Source of the DNA: a bacterium
GTDB taxonomy: Bacteria; Vulcanimicrobiota; JAZDOK01
Length of the DNA: 64,000 bases
NCBI GenBank assembly: GCA_043798715.1
Contig: JAZDOK010000001.1
Span: 6,480-70,479 of the forward strand
Reading direction: 5' to 3'
The notes under the pieces were generated by a model. It made no database searches. It was not told where the DNA came from and saw nothing but the letters and a program-made list of their open reading frames with translations. The position numbers and the translations under genes were made by a program. Below, piece by piece: positions 10,207 to 20,580 of the stretch. How positions within the stretch are numbered: the first letter of the stretch is position 1; each line of letters begins with the position of its first letter.

Positions 10207-12063
10207 TTAAGCGAGCTTGCTCGTCGGGCTGGTTGTGGTCGTCGGGCTGGTTGTGGTCGTTGGGCTGGTTGTGGTCGTTGGGCTGGTCGTGGTCGTCGGG
10301 CTGGTCGTGGTCGTCGAACTGCTCGTGGTCGTCGGGCTGCTTATAGTCGTCGGACTGCTTACGCCAAGCGAGCTGGTCATGTTAAGCGGGCTGTTCATGT
10401 TAAGCAGTTTCCCCAAGCCGGTGTCACTGGTAGATTTACCTGCAGATTTACCGGTGGAATCACCGCCTGTGGAAGTACCGGCCGACTGCATGTTGATGGG
10501 GGATCCCAGAGAACTGGTGTTCAATGAGTCCGTCCCGGGGACATGATCTCCGCCCTTTTCAGCCTTGACTTGCTCCAGCTCGGCGGTCTTCTTCTTGATT
10601 GCGTCAATCTTGACGTCCACCTGGGAGATCTGCGCCGTGAGGTCGGCGGTCTTTTTCTTGAGATCGATGATCTTCTGATCCAGTTCCTGCAGCTGCTTGT
10701 TAATAGTCTCCAGTTCCTTGGCCAGCTTATCTTTTTCTTCCTGAAGTTTCTTAAGCTTGGCCTCTGCCTCCTTGACTTCCTTCTGCAACTGGGTCTTCTT
10801 CTGGGTCAACTTCTGTAATTGCTGCTTCAACTGCTGAAGCTTGGTATTTTCCTGCTGTTTCTGGGACTCAAGCGGCTTCTTCTGGCCCTCGAGACTCTGG
10901 GCCTTCGCCCTCAACTGCTGGGCCTGGGCGTCCTGTTGCGCCGCCTGGGCGTCCTGCTGGGCCGCCTGAGCTTCCTGGGAGGCCGCCTGAGCATCCATCG
11001 TCGCCGCCTGGGCCTCCATGGCCGCGCCGGCCGCCGCCGTGTAAGGACAGGCCATGAGGCCGGCCGCAGTGCCGTGCATCGCGGCTGCCGCCGCCTGGGT
11101 GGCCCCCGCCGTGGCGTGACCCGCCGCCGCCATGGCCTTCGTGGCCGTAGCCTGCGCCTGGACGCTGGTCGCCTGTGCGTTCGTACTCTGTATCTGGGCG
11201 GAGAGGCTCTGGATCTGCGTGCCGAGCTGCTGAACCTTGGCCTGACCAGCCTTCTCCTGAGTCTTGACCTGCTTCTCCTGGGCATCGGCCTGCTGGAGAT
11301 CCGTATCAGCTTTCTTCTTACTGGTCTCCTGCTTGGTAATCTCGCTATCTTTGGACTTGACGTCAGTATCTGTTTTCTTCTGCTTGCCCTGAACGTCTTT
11401 CTGATCGCCCTCCGCCTTCTTGAGATCGGCGTCCACGGTCTTTTTCTGAGACTGAAGATCCGCCTTCTCCGACTCGGCTTTGGAGAGCTCGCCGCCTAAG
11501 GTCGCCAGCCGTTCGTTGACCGTGCCGGTCAGGGGCAGGCCCCCTCCCAGGGCGGTCTGGGCAGCCTGGGCGCCGCCGGTTCCGGCCAAAGCAGCCCCCG
11601 CAACCATGCCGGCCGCACAGCCAAGACCGGCTGCGGCACCAAGTCCGGCTGTGGCTGCTGTCGCCTGGTTCATACTCTGATTAGCCTTGTTGGTCATATT
11701 TAGAAGAGAATTCGAATCCATCTTATTCATGTACGCCTGGAACTTGGTCAAGAACTCGGAAAATTTCGCGGGATCCTTGAGCAGCTCCAGGAGTTTCTGG
11801 GCCTCCGGATCACCTTGCTTTTGCTTAAGATACTGCTCAATGTTCTGTTTGAGAAAAATCTGGGCCGTGTTGTCCGAGCTCGTGAACTGGTCTACCGGGG
11901 TTCCGCCGGACTGAGACACGGAACTCGTCGTCGCAGCCGCAGTCCCGGAAGCGGCGGTGCCTGCCTGCGATGTGACAGCCTGTACACTCTGGGCCGGGAG
12001 ACTCCCTCCCTTTGCCTGGATCGGATCGACTTCATTAGCCATATCATCATCCCCTTTATGCAT
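10207..12063 (-). CDS. hypothetical coiled-coil protein, Q/A/K-rich, with C-terminal SPTTTT tandem repeats
   Basis: Long heptad-like K/E/Q-rich stretches and poly-A/Q/G segments. The tail is SSPTTISSPTTTSSSTTTTSPTTTTSPTTTTSPTTTTSPTTTT. There is no signal peptide. The alternative start MANEV at 12042 has an RBS. Confidence 0.55.
   Translation of the reverse strand: MHKGDDDMANEVDPIQAKGGSLPAQSVQAVTSQAGTAASGTAAATTSSVSQSGGTPVDQFTSSDNTAQIFLKQNIEQYLKQKQGDPEAQKLLELLKDPAKFSEFLTKFQAYMNKMDSNSLLNMTNKANQSMNQATAATAGLGAAAGLGCAAGMVAGAALAGTGGAQAAQTALGGGLPLTGTVNERLATLGGELSKAESEKADLQSQKKTVDADLKKAEGDQKDVQGKQKKTDTDVKSKDSEITKQETSKKKADTDLQQADAQEKQVKTQEKAGQAKVQQLGTQIQSLSAQIQSTNAQATSVQAQATATKAMAAAGHATAGATQAAAAAMHGTAAGLMACPYTAAAGAAMEAQAATMDAQAASQEAQAAQQDAQAAQQDAQAQQLRAKAQSLEGQKKPLESQKQQENTKLQQLKQQLQKLTQKKTQLQKEVKEAEAKLKKLQEEKDKLAKELETINKQLQELDQKIIDLKKKTADLTAQISQVDVKIDAIKKKTAELEQVKAEKGGDHVPGTDSLNTSSLGSPINMQSAGTSTGGDSTGKSAGKSTSDTGLGKLLNMNSPLNMTSSLGVSSPTTISSPTTTSSSTTTTSPTTTTSPTTTTSPTTTTSPTTTTSPTSKLA
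10228..10355. repeat. 18-bp tandem repeat (about 7 copies) encoding the SPTTTT units on the minus strand
   Basis: Visible periodic GGGCTGGTTGTGGTCGTC units. The overlapping plus-strand ORFs at 10164-10546 are artefacts of this repeat. Confidence 0.8.
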
Positions 12064-12171
12064 TCTTTAGTGACTATATCACGACAACGGAAGAAAATGT
12101 AAAGCGGTTAAAAAAGCTTTCAGCTGTCAGCTACCCAATATAATGGCCGGCACCCTTCGTGGCTGGTTGGA

Positions 12172-13911
12172 CTATTGATTTTTCGCCTCCGGCTCCTGAC
12201 AGAAATGAGATTCGTAGAGGCGGCTGAAGAGGCCGCCTTTTTCAAGGAGCTCCTGGTGGGTGCCCTCTTCCTCTATGCGCCCCTGGTCCAGGACGATGAT
12301 GCGATCGGCGTTCCTTATGGTGCTGAGACGGTGCGCAATGACGAAGCAGGTACGCCCCTTGATGAGATGTTCGATGGCCTCCTGGATGAGGTTCTCCGAC
12401 TCGCTGTCAATCCCGGAGGTGAATTCATCGAGAATGAGAATGCGTGGATTCATGAGAAGCGCCCTGGCTATGGCCAGGCGCTGGCGCTGTCCTCCGGAGA
12501 GATTGACCCCCCGCTCCACGACGCTGGTGTCGTAACCGTTGGGCAACTGCATAATGAATTCATGGGCGTTGGCGGCCTTCGAAGCGGCCAGAACTTCCTC
12601 TTCGGACGCCCCGGGCCGGCCGTAGGCTATGTTTTCCCGGATGGTGCCCAGGAAGATAACGGTCTCCTGTGGAACCAGGCTGATCTGCCGGCGCAGGGAC
12701 CTTATTTTTACCTTCGATATATCATAACCGTCAACGCTGACGACGCCCTTCTGGTTTTCGTAGAAACGGGAAATCATATTGACCAGGGTGGACTTCCCGG
12801 CTCCGTTGGGTCCTACCAGGGCGACGACCTCGCCGGGCCTGACCTTGAGACAGATGTCGCTGAGAACATAATTTTCGTCGTCATAGGCGAAGGAGACGTG
12901 GTCGAACTCAACCTCACCGGCCAGTTCAGGGAGATCAATGGAGTCTTCAGACTCCGGGGCCTCCGGCGGAAGATCCATTACATCGAAGATCCGCTTCCCC
13001 GCAGCGATGGCCTGCTGGAAATTGGTGTAGGTGGAGGCGATGCGGTTTAGTGGCTGGGTGGCCAGTACCATGAAACCCCAATAGGCCATCATCTCGCCCA
13101 TGGTGAACCGGCCCAGGATGATCTGAAGCGCGCCGTACCAGACCACCACCACTATCCCCAGGGCGGCCAGAAACTCCACCACCGGGGTCTGCGTCAGGGT
13201 AAACTGGGCCAGCTTCATCTGGGAGCCGAAGTACTCCTCATTCTTGTCCCGGAAGCGACTGATGACATGCTCCTCTCGGTTGAAGGACTTGACCACTTTA
13301 ACGCTGGCGATCGCCTCGTAGAGAACGCTGTAGAGATCGGCTATCTTGGTTTGCAGCTTCTCGGTTATATCCCGAATCAACTTCCCGAAATTATGGACCG
13401 CCATGGCCAGCAGGGGGCTCACCACCAGGTTGAGGAGGGTCATCTTCCAGTCCTTGTAAAACATCCAGCCCAGGGAGCCGGCCAGAATGATGGTGTCGTT
13501 GATAAAGCCTACCAGGCTCGAATAGAGGAGACTGGCGACCTGGATATCGTTCGTGGCCCGCGATTGAATCTCCCCCAGCCGCATTTTTTCATAGAATTTA
13601 AGCGGCAGGGCCTGCAGGTGTCTGAAAAAATCCAGGCGCAGAGAATTGACGGCCCGCTGAATGGCATAGGTCATTATGTATCCCTGGAAATAGGCCGTGG
13701 CCCCTTTGAAAATGACCAGCAGAAGAAACCCCCCGACGATCAGGTTGAGATAAAAAAAACTTTTTCCGACGAGCACTTTATCCGTGAGTAATTTTAATAA
13801 AACCGGCTGGAGCAGGGTTGAGCCGTTCAGAAGCAGAGTAATGGCAAAAGCCCCCAGCATATGCTTCCAGTATGGTTTCAAAAAGACAACAAGTCGTTTA
13901 AAGATGATCAT
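12172..13911 (-). CDS. ABC transporter permease/ATP-binding protein (MsbA-like lipid exporter family)
   Basis: N-terminal 6-TM domain, Walker A GPNGAGKST, ABC signature LSGGQRQRLAIARAL and Walker B ILILDE. Confidence 0.85.
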   Translation of the reverse strand: MIIFKRLVVFLKPYWKHMLGAFAITLLLNGSTLLQPVLLKLLTDKVLVGKSFFYLNLIVGGFLLLVIFKGATAYFQGYIMTYAIQRAVNSLRLDFFRHLQALPLKFYEKMRLGEIQSRATNDIQVASLLYSSLVGFINDTIILAGSLGWMFYKDWKMTLLNLVVSPLLAMAVHNFGKLIRDITEKLQTKIADLYSVLYEAIASVKVVKSFNREEHVISRFRDKNEEYFGSQMKLAQFTLTQTPVVEFLAALGIVVVVWYGALQIILGRFTMGEMMAYWGFMVLATQPLNRIASTYTNFQQAIAAGKRIFDVMDLPPEAPESEDSIDLPELAGEVEFDHVSFAYDDENYVLSDICLKVRPGEVVALVGPNGAGKSTLVNMISRFYENQKGVVSVDGYDISKVKIRSLRRQISLVPQETVIFLGTIRENIAYGRPGASEEEVLAASKAANAHEFIMQLPNGYDTSVVERGVNLSGGQRQRLAIARALLMNPRILILDEFTSGIDSESENLIQEAIEHLIKGRTCFVIAHRLSTIRNADRIIVLDQGRIEEEGTHQELLEKGGLFSRLYESHFCQEPEAKNQ

Positions 13912-13924
13912 TTGTTTCCTTTAA

Positions 13925-15208
13925 TCAGACGGCCGGTATTTGCAGGCCGGATTTTTCTCTGAGAACTTCCAGTACCCTGTCCATCCCGACGGTCTCCTGC
14001 TCCCCGGTGGCCAGGCGTTTGAGCGTTACCGTGCGGGCTGCAAGTTCGTCTTCCCCGATAAGGAGCGCATAGGCGGCGCCCGCCCGGTCGGCCGCCTTCA
14101 TCTGGACTTTGAGGCCCTTCCGGCTGTAATCGCGGTCGGCCGCGATGCCGCCCTCGCGCAGTTGGTAGAGAAGTTTCTGGGCCTCCTCCTGCGCTTCCTC
14201 CCCGATGGGCACCAGGAAGGCCATGACTCCGGAAGACGCCTCGGGAGCGCCTTTCTGGGCCGCCAACACCATGAGCGCCCGCTCGATTCCGGACGCAAAA
14301 CCCACCGCCGGAGTCGGGCCTCCGCCCACCTCCTCGATCAATCCGTCATAGCGCCCGCCTCCGCAGAGAGTGTTCTGGGCGCCCAGGCTCTCGGAGAGCA
14401 CCTCGAAGACCGTCCGGGTGTAGTAGTCAAGACCCCGCACGATGAGAGGATTGACGCGGTAAGGATGGTTCAGAAGCTCTAAATTTTTCTTGACCTTCTC
14501 GAAATGATCCAGGCACTCCTCGCAGAGGAAGGGGAATATTTCGGGCGCGCCGGAGACCACCTGCCGACAGGTCTCTTTCTTGCAGTCCAGGATGCGGAGG
14601 ATATTCCGCTCGAAGCGGCGCCGGCACTCGGGGCAGACCTCGCCGATTCTGCTTTCAAGGTAGGCCCGCAGGGCCTCCCGGTAGCGGGGGCGGCAGGCGG
14701 GACATCCGAGGGAGTTTATCTCCGCCATGAGGCCCTTGAGCCCCAGCCTCCGGTAAAATTCCATGGCCAGCATTATTACTTCGGCGTCCAGGGCGGGATC
14801 GGCTGAGCCGATGGCCTCAATTCCGTACTGGTGAAACTGCCGGAAACGCCCCCCCTGGGGCCGCTCGCAGCGGAACATGGGGCCCAGGTAATATACCTTC
14901 CAGAAAGTTCCCGGCATCGGCTTCATCTCGACGAAGGAGCGCGCCACCGAGGCCGTGCCCTCGGGGCGCAACGTCAGGCTTCGCCCGGAGCGGTCGGGGA
15001 AGGTGTACATCTCCTTCTCCACCACCTCGGTCTCCTCTCCGATCCCCCGCTGGAAAAGTTCGGTGTGTTCAAAGATCGGAAAGCGGATCTCGCGATAGCC
15101 GTAAAGTTCAGAGACTTCCCGCGCCTGTTCTTCCAGGCGCTGCCAGCCGGAGACATCGGCGGGAAGAATGACCTGCGTGCCCTTGACCGCCGGAATAATA
15201 TTAGGCAT
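13925..15208 (-). CDS. hisS: histidine--tRNA ligase
   Basis: Class II aaRS motifs and HisRS-specific N-terminus (GTQVILPADVSGWQRLEEQAREVSELYGYREIRFPIFEHTELF). There is an 8-bp overlap with the upstream alaS end. Confidence 0.9.
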   Translation of the reverse strand: MPNIIPAVKGTQVILPADVSGWQRLEEQAREVSELYGYREIRFPIFEHTELFQRGIGEETEVVEKEMYTFPDRSGRSLTLRPEGTASVARSFVEMKPMPGTFWKVYYLGPMFRCERPQGGRFRQFHQYGIEAIGSADPALDAEVIMLAMEFYRRLGLKGLMAEINSLGCPACRPRYREALRAYLESRIGEVCPECRRRFERNILRILDCKKETCRQVVSGAPEIFPFLCEECLDHFEKVKKNLELLNHPYRVNPLIVRGLDYYTRTVFEVLSESLGAQNTLCGGGRYDGLIEEVGGGPTPAVGFASGIERALMVLAAQKGAPEASSGVMAFLVPIGEEAQEEAQKLLYQLREGGIAADRDYSRKGLKVQMKAADRAGAAYALLIGEDELAARTVTLKRLATGEQETVGMDRVLEVLREKSGLQIPAV

Positions 15209-17825
15209 CTGACTTATTCCCCCCGATGATTTCCTCCGCCTTTTTCAGGGCCAGCTCAAGGCCGGCGGGATTCTTCCCTCCGGCCTGGGCCATGTCGGGC
15301 CGGCCCCCGCCCCGTCCTTCGATGAGGGGAGCGATTTCGGAGATAATCTTTCCGGCGCTCAGTTTCTTTCCGGCCAGATCCGGAGTGACCATCGCCAATA
15401 AAGCCGCCTTGCCCTCGTGCTCTCCTCCCAGTATAACGACGCCGGATTTCATCTTCTCCCGGAGGCGGTCGCCCAGTTCCCGGAGGGCCTGGGGCGCCAC
15501 CCCGGAAATTTTGGCGGAGAGGAACGGGATTCCCCCTATTTCCCGCGTCTTTTTCAAGAGCTCCTCAGCCCGGTGAAGAGAGACTTCCTTTTCAAGTTCC
15601 GCGGCCTTTCTGGCGCTCTCGCGGACCTGCTGTTTCAGGCGATCTAACGCCTGCGGGATCTCCTCGATGGAGACCTTGAAATCCTGTGAAAAATCCCGGA
15701 GCATCTCGTGGGAATCCTGGAAAAAACGTAGGGCGCTCAGAGCGGCCAGACCCTCGATCCTCCTGATGCCCGAGGAGATGGCCCCCTCGGAGATAATCTT
15801 GACGCAGCCGATCTCCCCCGTCGCCTGAACATGGGTGCCGCCGCACAGCTCATTACTGAAAGAGCCCATCGAAACCAGGCGCACCACGGATCCGTACTTC
15901 TCCCCGAAGAAGGCCAGGGCCCCCCGGCCCAGGGCCTCCTCGTGGGAAAGCTCATCGGTTTTAACCGGCAGATTTTCCAGGATCCGGGAATTGACCAGAT
16001 CCTCAACCTGTTTTATTTCCTCCCGGCTTAAGGCCTTGAAATGAGAAAAATCAAAACGGAAGGACTCCGGCCCCACCAGGGATCCGGCCTGGGAGACGTG
16101 CTTTCCGAGCACCTCGCGCAGGGCCGCCTGGAGAAGGTGGGTCGCCGAGTGGTGACGGGCCGTCCCGCGACGCCGGGCGCTTTCCACTTCCACTTGAACT
16201 TCGTCCCCCACCGAAATTTTCCCGGATGAAATCATTCCCCGGTGCACCACCAGACCCTCTGGGGTCTTCAGGGTATCGTTGATAACGGCCGAGCCCGAGG
16301 CTCCCTCTATTTTTCCGCAGTCGCCCAACTGGCCCCCGCTCTCGCCGTAGAAGGAAGTCCGATTCAGCACCAGGTCCACCGCCTCGCCCTCCAGTGCCTC
16401 GGAAAAACTGTCTCCGTTTTTAAGAATGGCCAGAATTTCGGCGGTGGAACGAAGTTCATTGTAGCCAACAAAATCTGTCTTCTCGGCCTTCAGTATAAAG
16501 GAGGCGCCCGCTAAAGAGGCCAGCTTGGCCTCCTGATCGGCCCGGGCCCGCTCCTTCTGCTCCTCCAGGAACTGTTTAAAACCGGCCTCATCCACGTCCA
16601 GGCCGCGCTCCTGGGCCATCTCGCGGGTGAGCTCCCAGGGGAAACCGTAAGTGTCGTATAGCCTGAAGACCTCCCCGCCGGGAAGTATCTTTTCTCCTTT
16701 TTTAAGAAGACTCTCCAGTTTTTCAGAAAGAAGGGCCGAACCCTGCTCCAAAGTCCGCTCGAAGTTCTCCTCCTCCTGACGGACGATACTTTGGATGTAT
16801 TCCCGCCGCTCCATAAGTTCGGGATAGACCTTGCCCATGACCGAGGAGACCGGCTCCACCAACGACGAGAGAAAATTGGTCTCCATCCCCAGTACCTTGC
16901 CCAGGCGGGCCGCCCGTCGCAGAATCCGGCGCAGAACGTAACCCCGTCCCTCGTTGGAGGGGCCTATTCCGTCGGCGATCATGAAGGAGATGGCCCGGAT
17001 GTGATCGGCGACGATTTTCATGGGAACCTCGGAGGCGCCTTCCATCTTCTTTCCGCTGAGTTCCTCAATGGATCGGATGAGAGGCGTAAACAAATCCGTC
17101 TCAAAGGGGGATTTTTTGTCCTGCATCAGCATGAGCAGCCGCTCAAAGCCCAGGCCCGTATCAATGCACCTGGCGGGCAGAGTCAGAAATTCCCCGCTCT
17201 CTATCTTGTTAAGACCTGTAAATACCAGGTTCCAGACTTCCATGTAGCGGTCGCAGTCACAGCCCGGCAGGCAGGATTTTTCACCGCAGCCCGAGGCGAC
17301 CCCCCGGTCGTAGTAAAGTTCCGAGCAGGGACCGCACGGTCCCGTGAGCCCGATCGGCCCCCAGAAATTATCTTCCAGGCGCACGATGCGCCCGGAGGGC
17401 ACCCCCACGACGTTCTTCCATACCTCGAAAGCCTCGTCGTCATCGGAGTGAATGGAGACCCAGAGGCGCTCCGGATCAAGCTTCAGGACTTTTGAAAGAT
17501 ATTCCCAGCCCCAGAGGGCGGCCTCTTTTTTAAAATAATCCCCGAAAGAAAAATTCCCCAGCATCTCGAAGAAAGTGTGGTGACGGGATGTTCGGCCCAC
17601 CCGCTCGATATCGCCGGCCCGGACGCATTTCTGACAGGTGGTCACCCGCTTTGACGGCGGCTCCTCATCCCCCCTGAAATAGGGCTTAAGAGGAGCCATG
17701 CCGGCCCCAATAAGAAGCAGGGTCGGATCGCCGACGGGAATCATCGAAAAACTGGGAAGGCGCAGATGCCCCTTTCCCTCAAAAAATTCAAGAAAGCTCT
17801 CCCTCAGGTTTTCACTGGACCACAT
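15201..17825 (-). CDS. alaS: alanine--tRNA ligase
   Basis: 874 aa with the conserved AlaRS N-terminus FLEFFEGKGHLRLPSFSMIPVGDPTLLLIGAGMAPLKPYF, the editing domain and C-terminal DHHA1. Confidence 0.9.
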   Translation of the reverse strand: MWSSENLRESFLEFFEGKGHLRLPSFSMIPVGDPTLLLIGAGMAPLKPYFRGDEEPPSKRVTTCQKCVRAGDIERVGRTSRHHTFFEMLGNFSFGDYFKKEAALWGWEYLSKVLKLDPERLWVSIHSDDDEAFEVWKNVVGVPSGRIVRLEDNFWGPIGLTGPCGPCSELYYDRGVASGCGEKSCLPGCDCDRYMEVWNLVFTGLNKIESGEFLTLPARCIDTGLGFERLLMLMQDKKSPFETDLFTPLIRSIEELSGKKMEGASEVPMKIVADHIRAISFMIADGIGPSNEGRGYVLRRILRRAARLGKVLGMETNFLSSLVEPVSSVMGKVYPELMERREYIQSIVRQEEENFERTLEQGSALLSEKLESLLKKGEKILPGGEVFRLYDTYGFPWELTREMAQERGLDVDEAGFKQFLEEQKERARADQEAKLASLAGASFILKAEKTDFVGYNELRSTAEILAILKNGDSFSEALEGEAVDLVLNRTSFYGESGGQLGDCGKIEGASGSAVINDTLKTPEGLVVHRGMISSGKISVGDEVQVEVESARRRGTARHHSATHLLQAALREVLGKHVSQAGSLVGPESFRFDFSHFKALSREEIKQVEDLVNSRILENLPVKTDELSHEEALGRGALAFFGEKYGSVVRLVSMGSFSNELCGGTHVQATGEIGCVKIISEGAISSGIRRIEGLAALSALRFFQDSHEMLRDFSQDFKVSIEEIPQALDRLKQQVRESARKAAELEKEVSLHRAEELLKKTREIGGIPFLSAKISGVAPQALRELGDRLREKMKSGVVILGGEHEGKAALLAMVTPDLAGKKLSAGKIISEIAPLIEGRGGGRPDMAQAGGKNPAGLELALKKAEEIIGGNKSDA

Positions 17826-17955
17826 TGTTCCTGTTCCTTTCCTTCCCTTCCGGAATGAAGTGAATTACTTCGAGAGGCCCCTCCGCAATCCTTCCTGGGA
17901 AATCACTCTGGCAAAGCCTGACTCTAATAGACATTTTAACTTTTCGCGGACGTCT

Positions 17956-18351
17956 TTATTGCCCATACTCTGCGAGAAAATTCTTGATGCTCATAATTCG
18001 AATGCTCTTGTATTTTTCGATAACCAGAAGATCCCGGTCCCCACTGACAATCACATCGGCCTTTCCGGCGATGGCGCATTCAATGAACTTATCGTCGTCG
18101 GGGTCGCGACAGATACTAAGCGCGGGGTCGGACTTGACAAGTTTGCCCCTTTGACGAAGAAGGCGCATCACTCTGAGGACCTGCCGACTTGAAGCTCCCA
18201 GGCGACTCAAAACCCGTGCGATCTCTTCTGCAATCGGAGCTGAGATGAGGAGAACGAACTTCCCTTTCTGCCAGAGCCTGATGATTTTTTCGCAGTCGCC
18301 GCCGGTTAGAAATGCCGAGACAAAAACATTGGTGTCGAGAACGACTCTCAA
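17956..18351 (-). CDS. PIN-domain toxin (PIN_3 / TIGR00305-type)
   Basis: MRVVLDTNVFVSAF... with the conserved acidic residues of the PIN fold. It has a 4-bp overlap with the upstream HTH gene. Confidence 0.75.
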   Translation of the reverse strand: MRVVLDTNVFVSAFLTGGDCEKIIRLWQKGKFVLLISAPIAEEIARVLSRLGASSRQVLRVMRLLRQRGKLVKSDPALSICRDPDDDKFIECAIAGKADVIVSGDRDLLVIEKYKSIRIMSIKNFLAEYGQ

Positions 18352-18623
18352 TGCATCTGCCTCACTTCCCGAATGGCCCGGCGGATGTCGTCGTGTTTAA
18401 TGCATTTGGCTTTGCCGAAATTTTGCATCTCGACGAGAATTCCATCGAGTTCCTCATCCCAGGAAGGTTGCGGCGCCAACCACTGCTCCAGGGCTTGCTT
18501 GCTGAACCTCCAGCAGCGGCCGACCTTTTTGGCGGGGATCTTGCCGAGCTTGGCCAGACGGTAAATGGTCATCTCACTCAAACTTAGCATTTTGGCAACA
18601 TCCGGAACGCCTAATACATCCAT
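18348..18623 (-). CDS. excisionase/MerR-like helix-turn-helix DNA-binding protein, putative antitoxin of the PIN toxin
   Basis: VAKMLSLSEMTIYRLAKLGKIPAKKVGRCWRFSKQALEQWL is an HTH_17/excisionase-family motif. It is translationally coupled to the PIN gene. Confidence 0.7.
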   Translation of the reverse strand: MDVLGVPDVAKMLSLSEMTIYRLAKLGKIPAKKVGRCWRFSKQALEQWLAPQPSWDEELDGILVEMQNFGKAKCIKHDDIRRAIREVRQMH

Positions 18624-18699
18624 ATTCAGACTCTCCTTATCTCTAATTAACTCTATTATACTCTTTTTCCCAAAATAATCAATTAGGAAAGGGGTGGTC

Positions 18700-18722
18700 G
18701 GGGGTATCCCCCGACAGCCCCG
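18700..18722. repeat. short conserved motif GGGGGTATCCCCCGACAGCCCCG (copy 1 of 2)
   Basis: See the copy at 53913-53935. It contains a G5-TAT-C5 hairpin-capable element. Confidence 0.55.
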
Positions 18723-18744
18723 AACCAGACGCTCACAATGTCTT

Positions 18745-20580
18745 TCATCTGTAGTCCCCTATCACCTCGAAGGCGGCCCAGTAGAAGGGATTGGCATATT
18801 TTTTATCCTTATGAAGAAGCGAAAGCTGGGCGTTGCGAAGGGCTTCGGCCTTGCTCCCTTTCCCGCTTGCCAGCTCCTTGTAGAACTCCACCATGATCTC
18901 CTTTGTCTCGCGGGAGGGAACGCTCCAGAGGGAAAGACACACACTAGATGTTCCCGCGTAAAAAAGTGCCGTCGAAAAGCCAACCATCCCTTCCCCGCCT
19001 TTCACCCGGCCCAAACCCGTCTGGCAGGCGGACAGGGTTATGAGATCCGCATCAAGATCCATCGAAAGAAAGTCCTCGACTTTAAGAAAGCCCGGGGAGT
19101 TCTCCCCCGTCAGGGCGATGCACGAAAGCCAGGGATTTACCGCATCCACCAGACCGTGGGTGGAGAAGAGGATATAACGGTAAGACTTCATATCGGGTGA
19201 TTTGGCCCTCTCCTCAGTGGCCGCCGGACCGGCATAAACAACGGACGGCTTGTCTGGCGATTTCAAGGAAGGGCTTTCCACCAGGGCGTAATCCGGGAAT
19301 AACGTGGCAATGCTCTCCGCCTCAGCTTTCGTATCGGGCAGAGGCACCAGGTTAAGGCCGCTGTCTTTGTAATAGGCGGAAAGATTAAATCCGCCCCGAG
19401 TGACGAGTTCCGAATCCTCCACCGCGACAGCTTTCCCTTTTTCTTTCTGGTCAGCAGGACCGAATACGGGATCGGCAAAGGCGACGAGTTTCTTTTCCCG
19501 CTTCCAGCGGGATCCCGCCGTTGGCGGCTGAGTGGCGCTTCTTTCTGCGTCTCTTCCCTTGGCCTGGAGCCGGATGGTATCCAGAAGCGCCAGGGAGGGA
19601 ACATAACTTACTGCATAATCCTCCACCAGGAAGCGGCAGTCGCTGTAATCCGCTGGAGTTCCGGCTCCGGAACGGGAGCCGAGAATAAGGGCGTTGAAGG
19701 GAAGATAGGATAAAGTCCCATCCGGGACGACGAGAAGATGCTTGACGCCCTTCAGCAGGCTCCTTGCTTCTTTCGGGATGAGTAAATCGGCGAGAAAATT
19801 GCCCACTTTGATGTTGATCTCAGGAGACGAAGAAAGGTCTCCCTTCTCCATCGGCGCTCTATATAGGCGGATTAACCCTTCCAGCCCGATTGATGATTTA
19901 TCCTTGTCAAAACGGGCTGGCAATATTTTGTTGGCCACCTCTTCATCCATCCCGGCCATATCCCTGGGGAGCTTAGACGCAACAGCGATACGGAAAGCCT
20001 GAATGGTATCCGACTTCAGGACAAAGAGAATGCTTTCTTCCGGCAGGACTACATATTCCAAAACAGCAGTATCCACAGGAATGTCTTTCTGGATTTCACT
20101 GGCTTTCTTGAAATTCGGCTTCTGATATTTCCCGATGAGGGATTTTTTTATCTCGTATTCTATCTGGTTTCTCCGAAGCTCAAGCTCCTCTATTTTCTTC
20201 CTGATTTCCTCTTTTTGGGCGCCTGTCAATGATAATTCCCTGGCGTGTAAATCAGAGATCTGCTTTTGCAGGCTCCCATCTTCAACTAAAAGTCCAGCCG
20301 GGGCTTTTTCCTTCAGATTCGCATTTCTCTCCGAAAGCAGATCCAGGGTTGTCCGGGCCTTTCCCGCTTCGGAGAAATGGAAGGCCGCTTCGAGATCCGC
20401 CTTTTCAGGCTCTTTGGCAGAGGCCCAGGCTGATATTTCGGGTTGAGAAAGAGCCTCCTTTTTTAGTGAAAGGCTGACAAGAAATCTTGAAAGGTAGGAA
20501 TAAACCTGGGAAGGCTCCTCGAATACCCCCATTTGGGCCTCTTTCCCCAGAACAAGTCCTCCTTTTTCTTCTGCTAATTC
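18745..20580. repeat. about 1.8 kb direct repeat (copy 1) shared by the 3' halves of the two CHAT genes
   Basis: The encoded proteins are near-identical from GVFEEPSQVYSY… to the C-terminus. The second copy lies at about 21948-23800. Boundaries are approximate. Confidence 0.7.

Noticed and set aside
10164-10546. Plus-strand ORFs (60, 109, 109 aa) full of WLWSSG / GCGRRAG / VVVGL repeats
   Set aside because: They are antisense or shadow frames of the 18-bp SPTTTT tandem repeat within the minus-strand 618-aa gene. They are compositional artefacts with no RBS.
10819-11499. Long plus-strand L-rich ORFs (226 aa, 91 aa) and the 124-aa Arg-rich minus ORF inside the coiled-coil gene
   Set aside because: They are alternative-frame translations of the Q/A/K-rich region (GC-skewed codons produce long open frames). 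There are no independent start signals.
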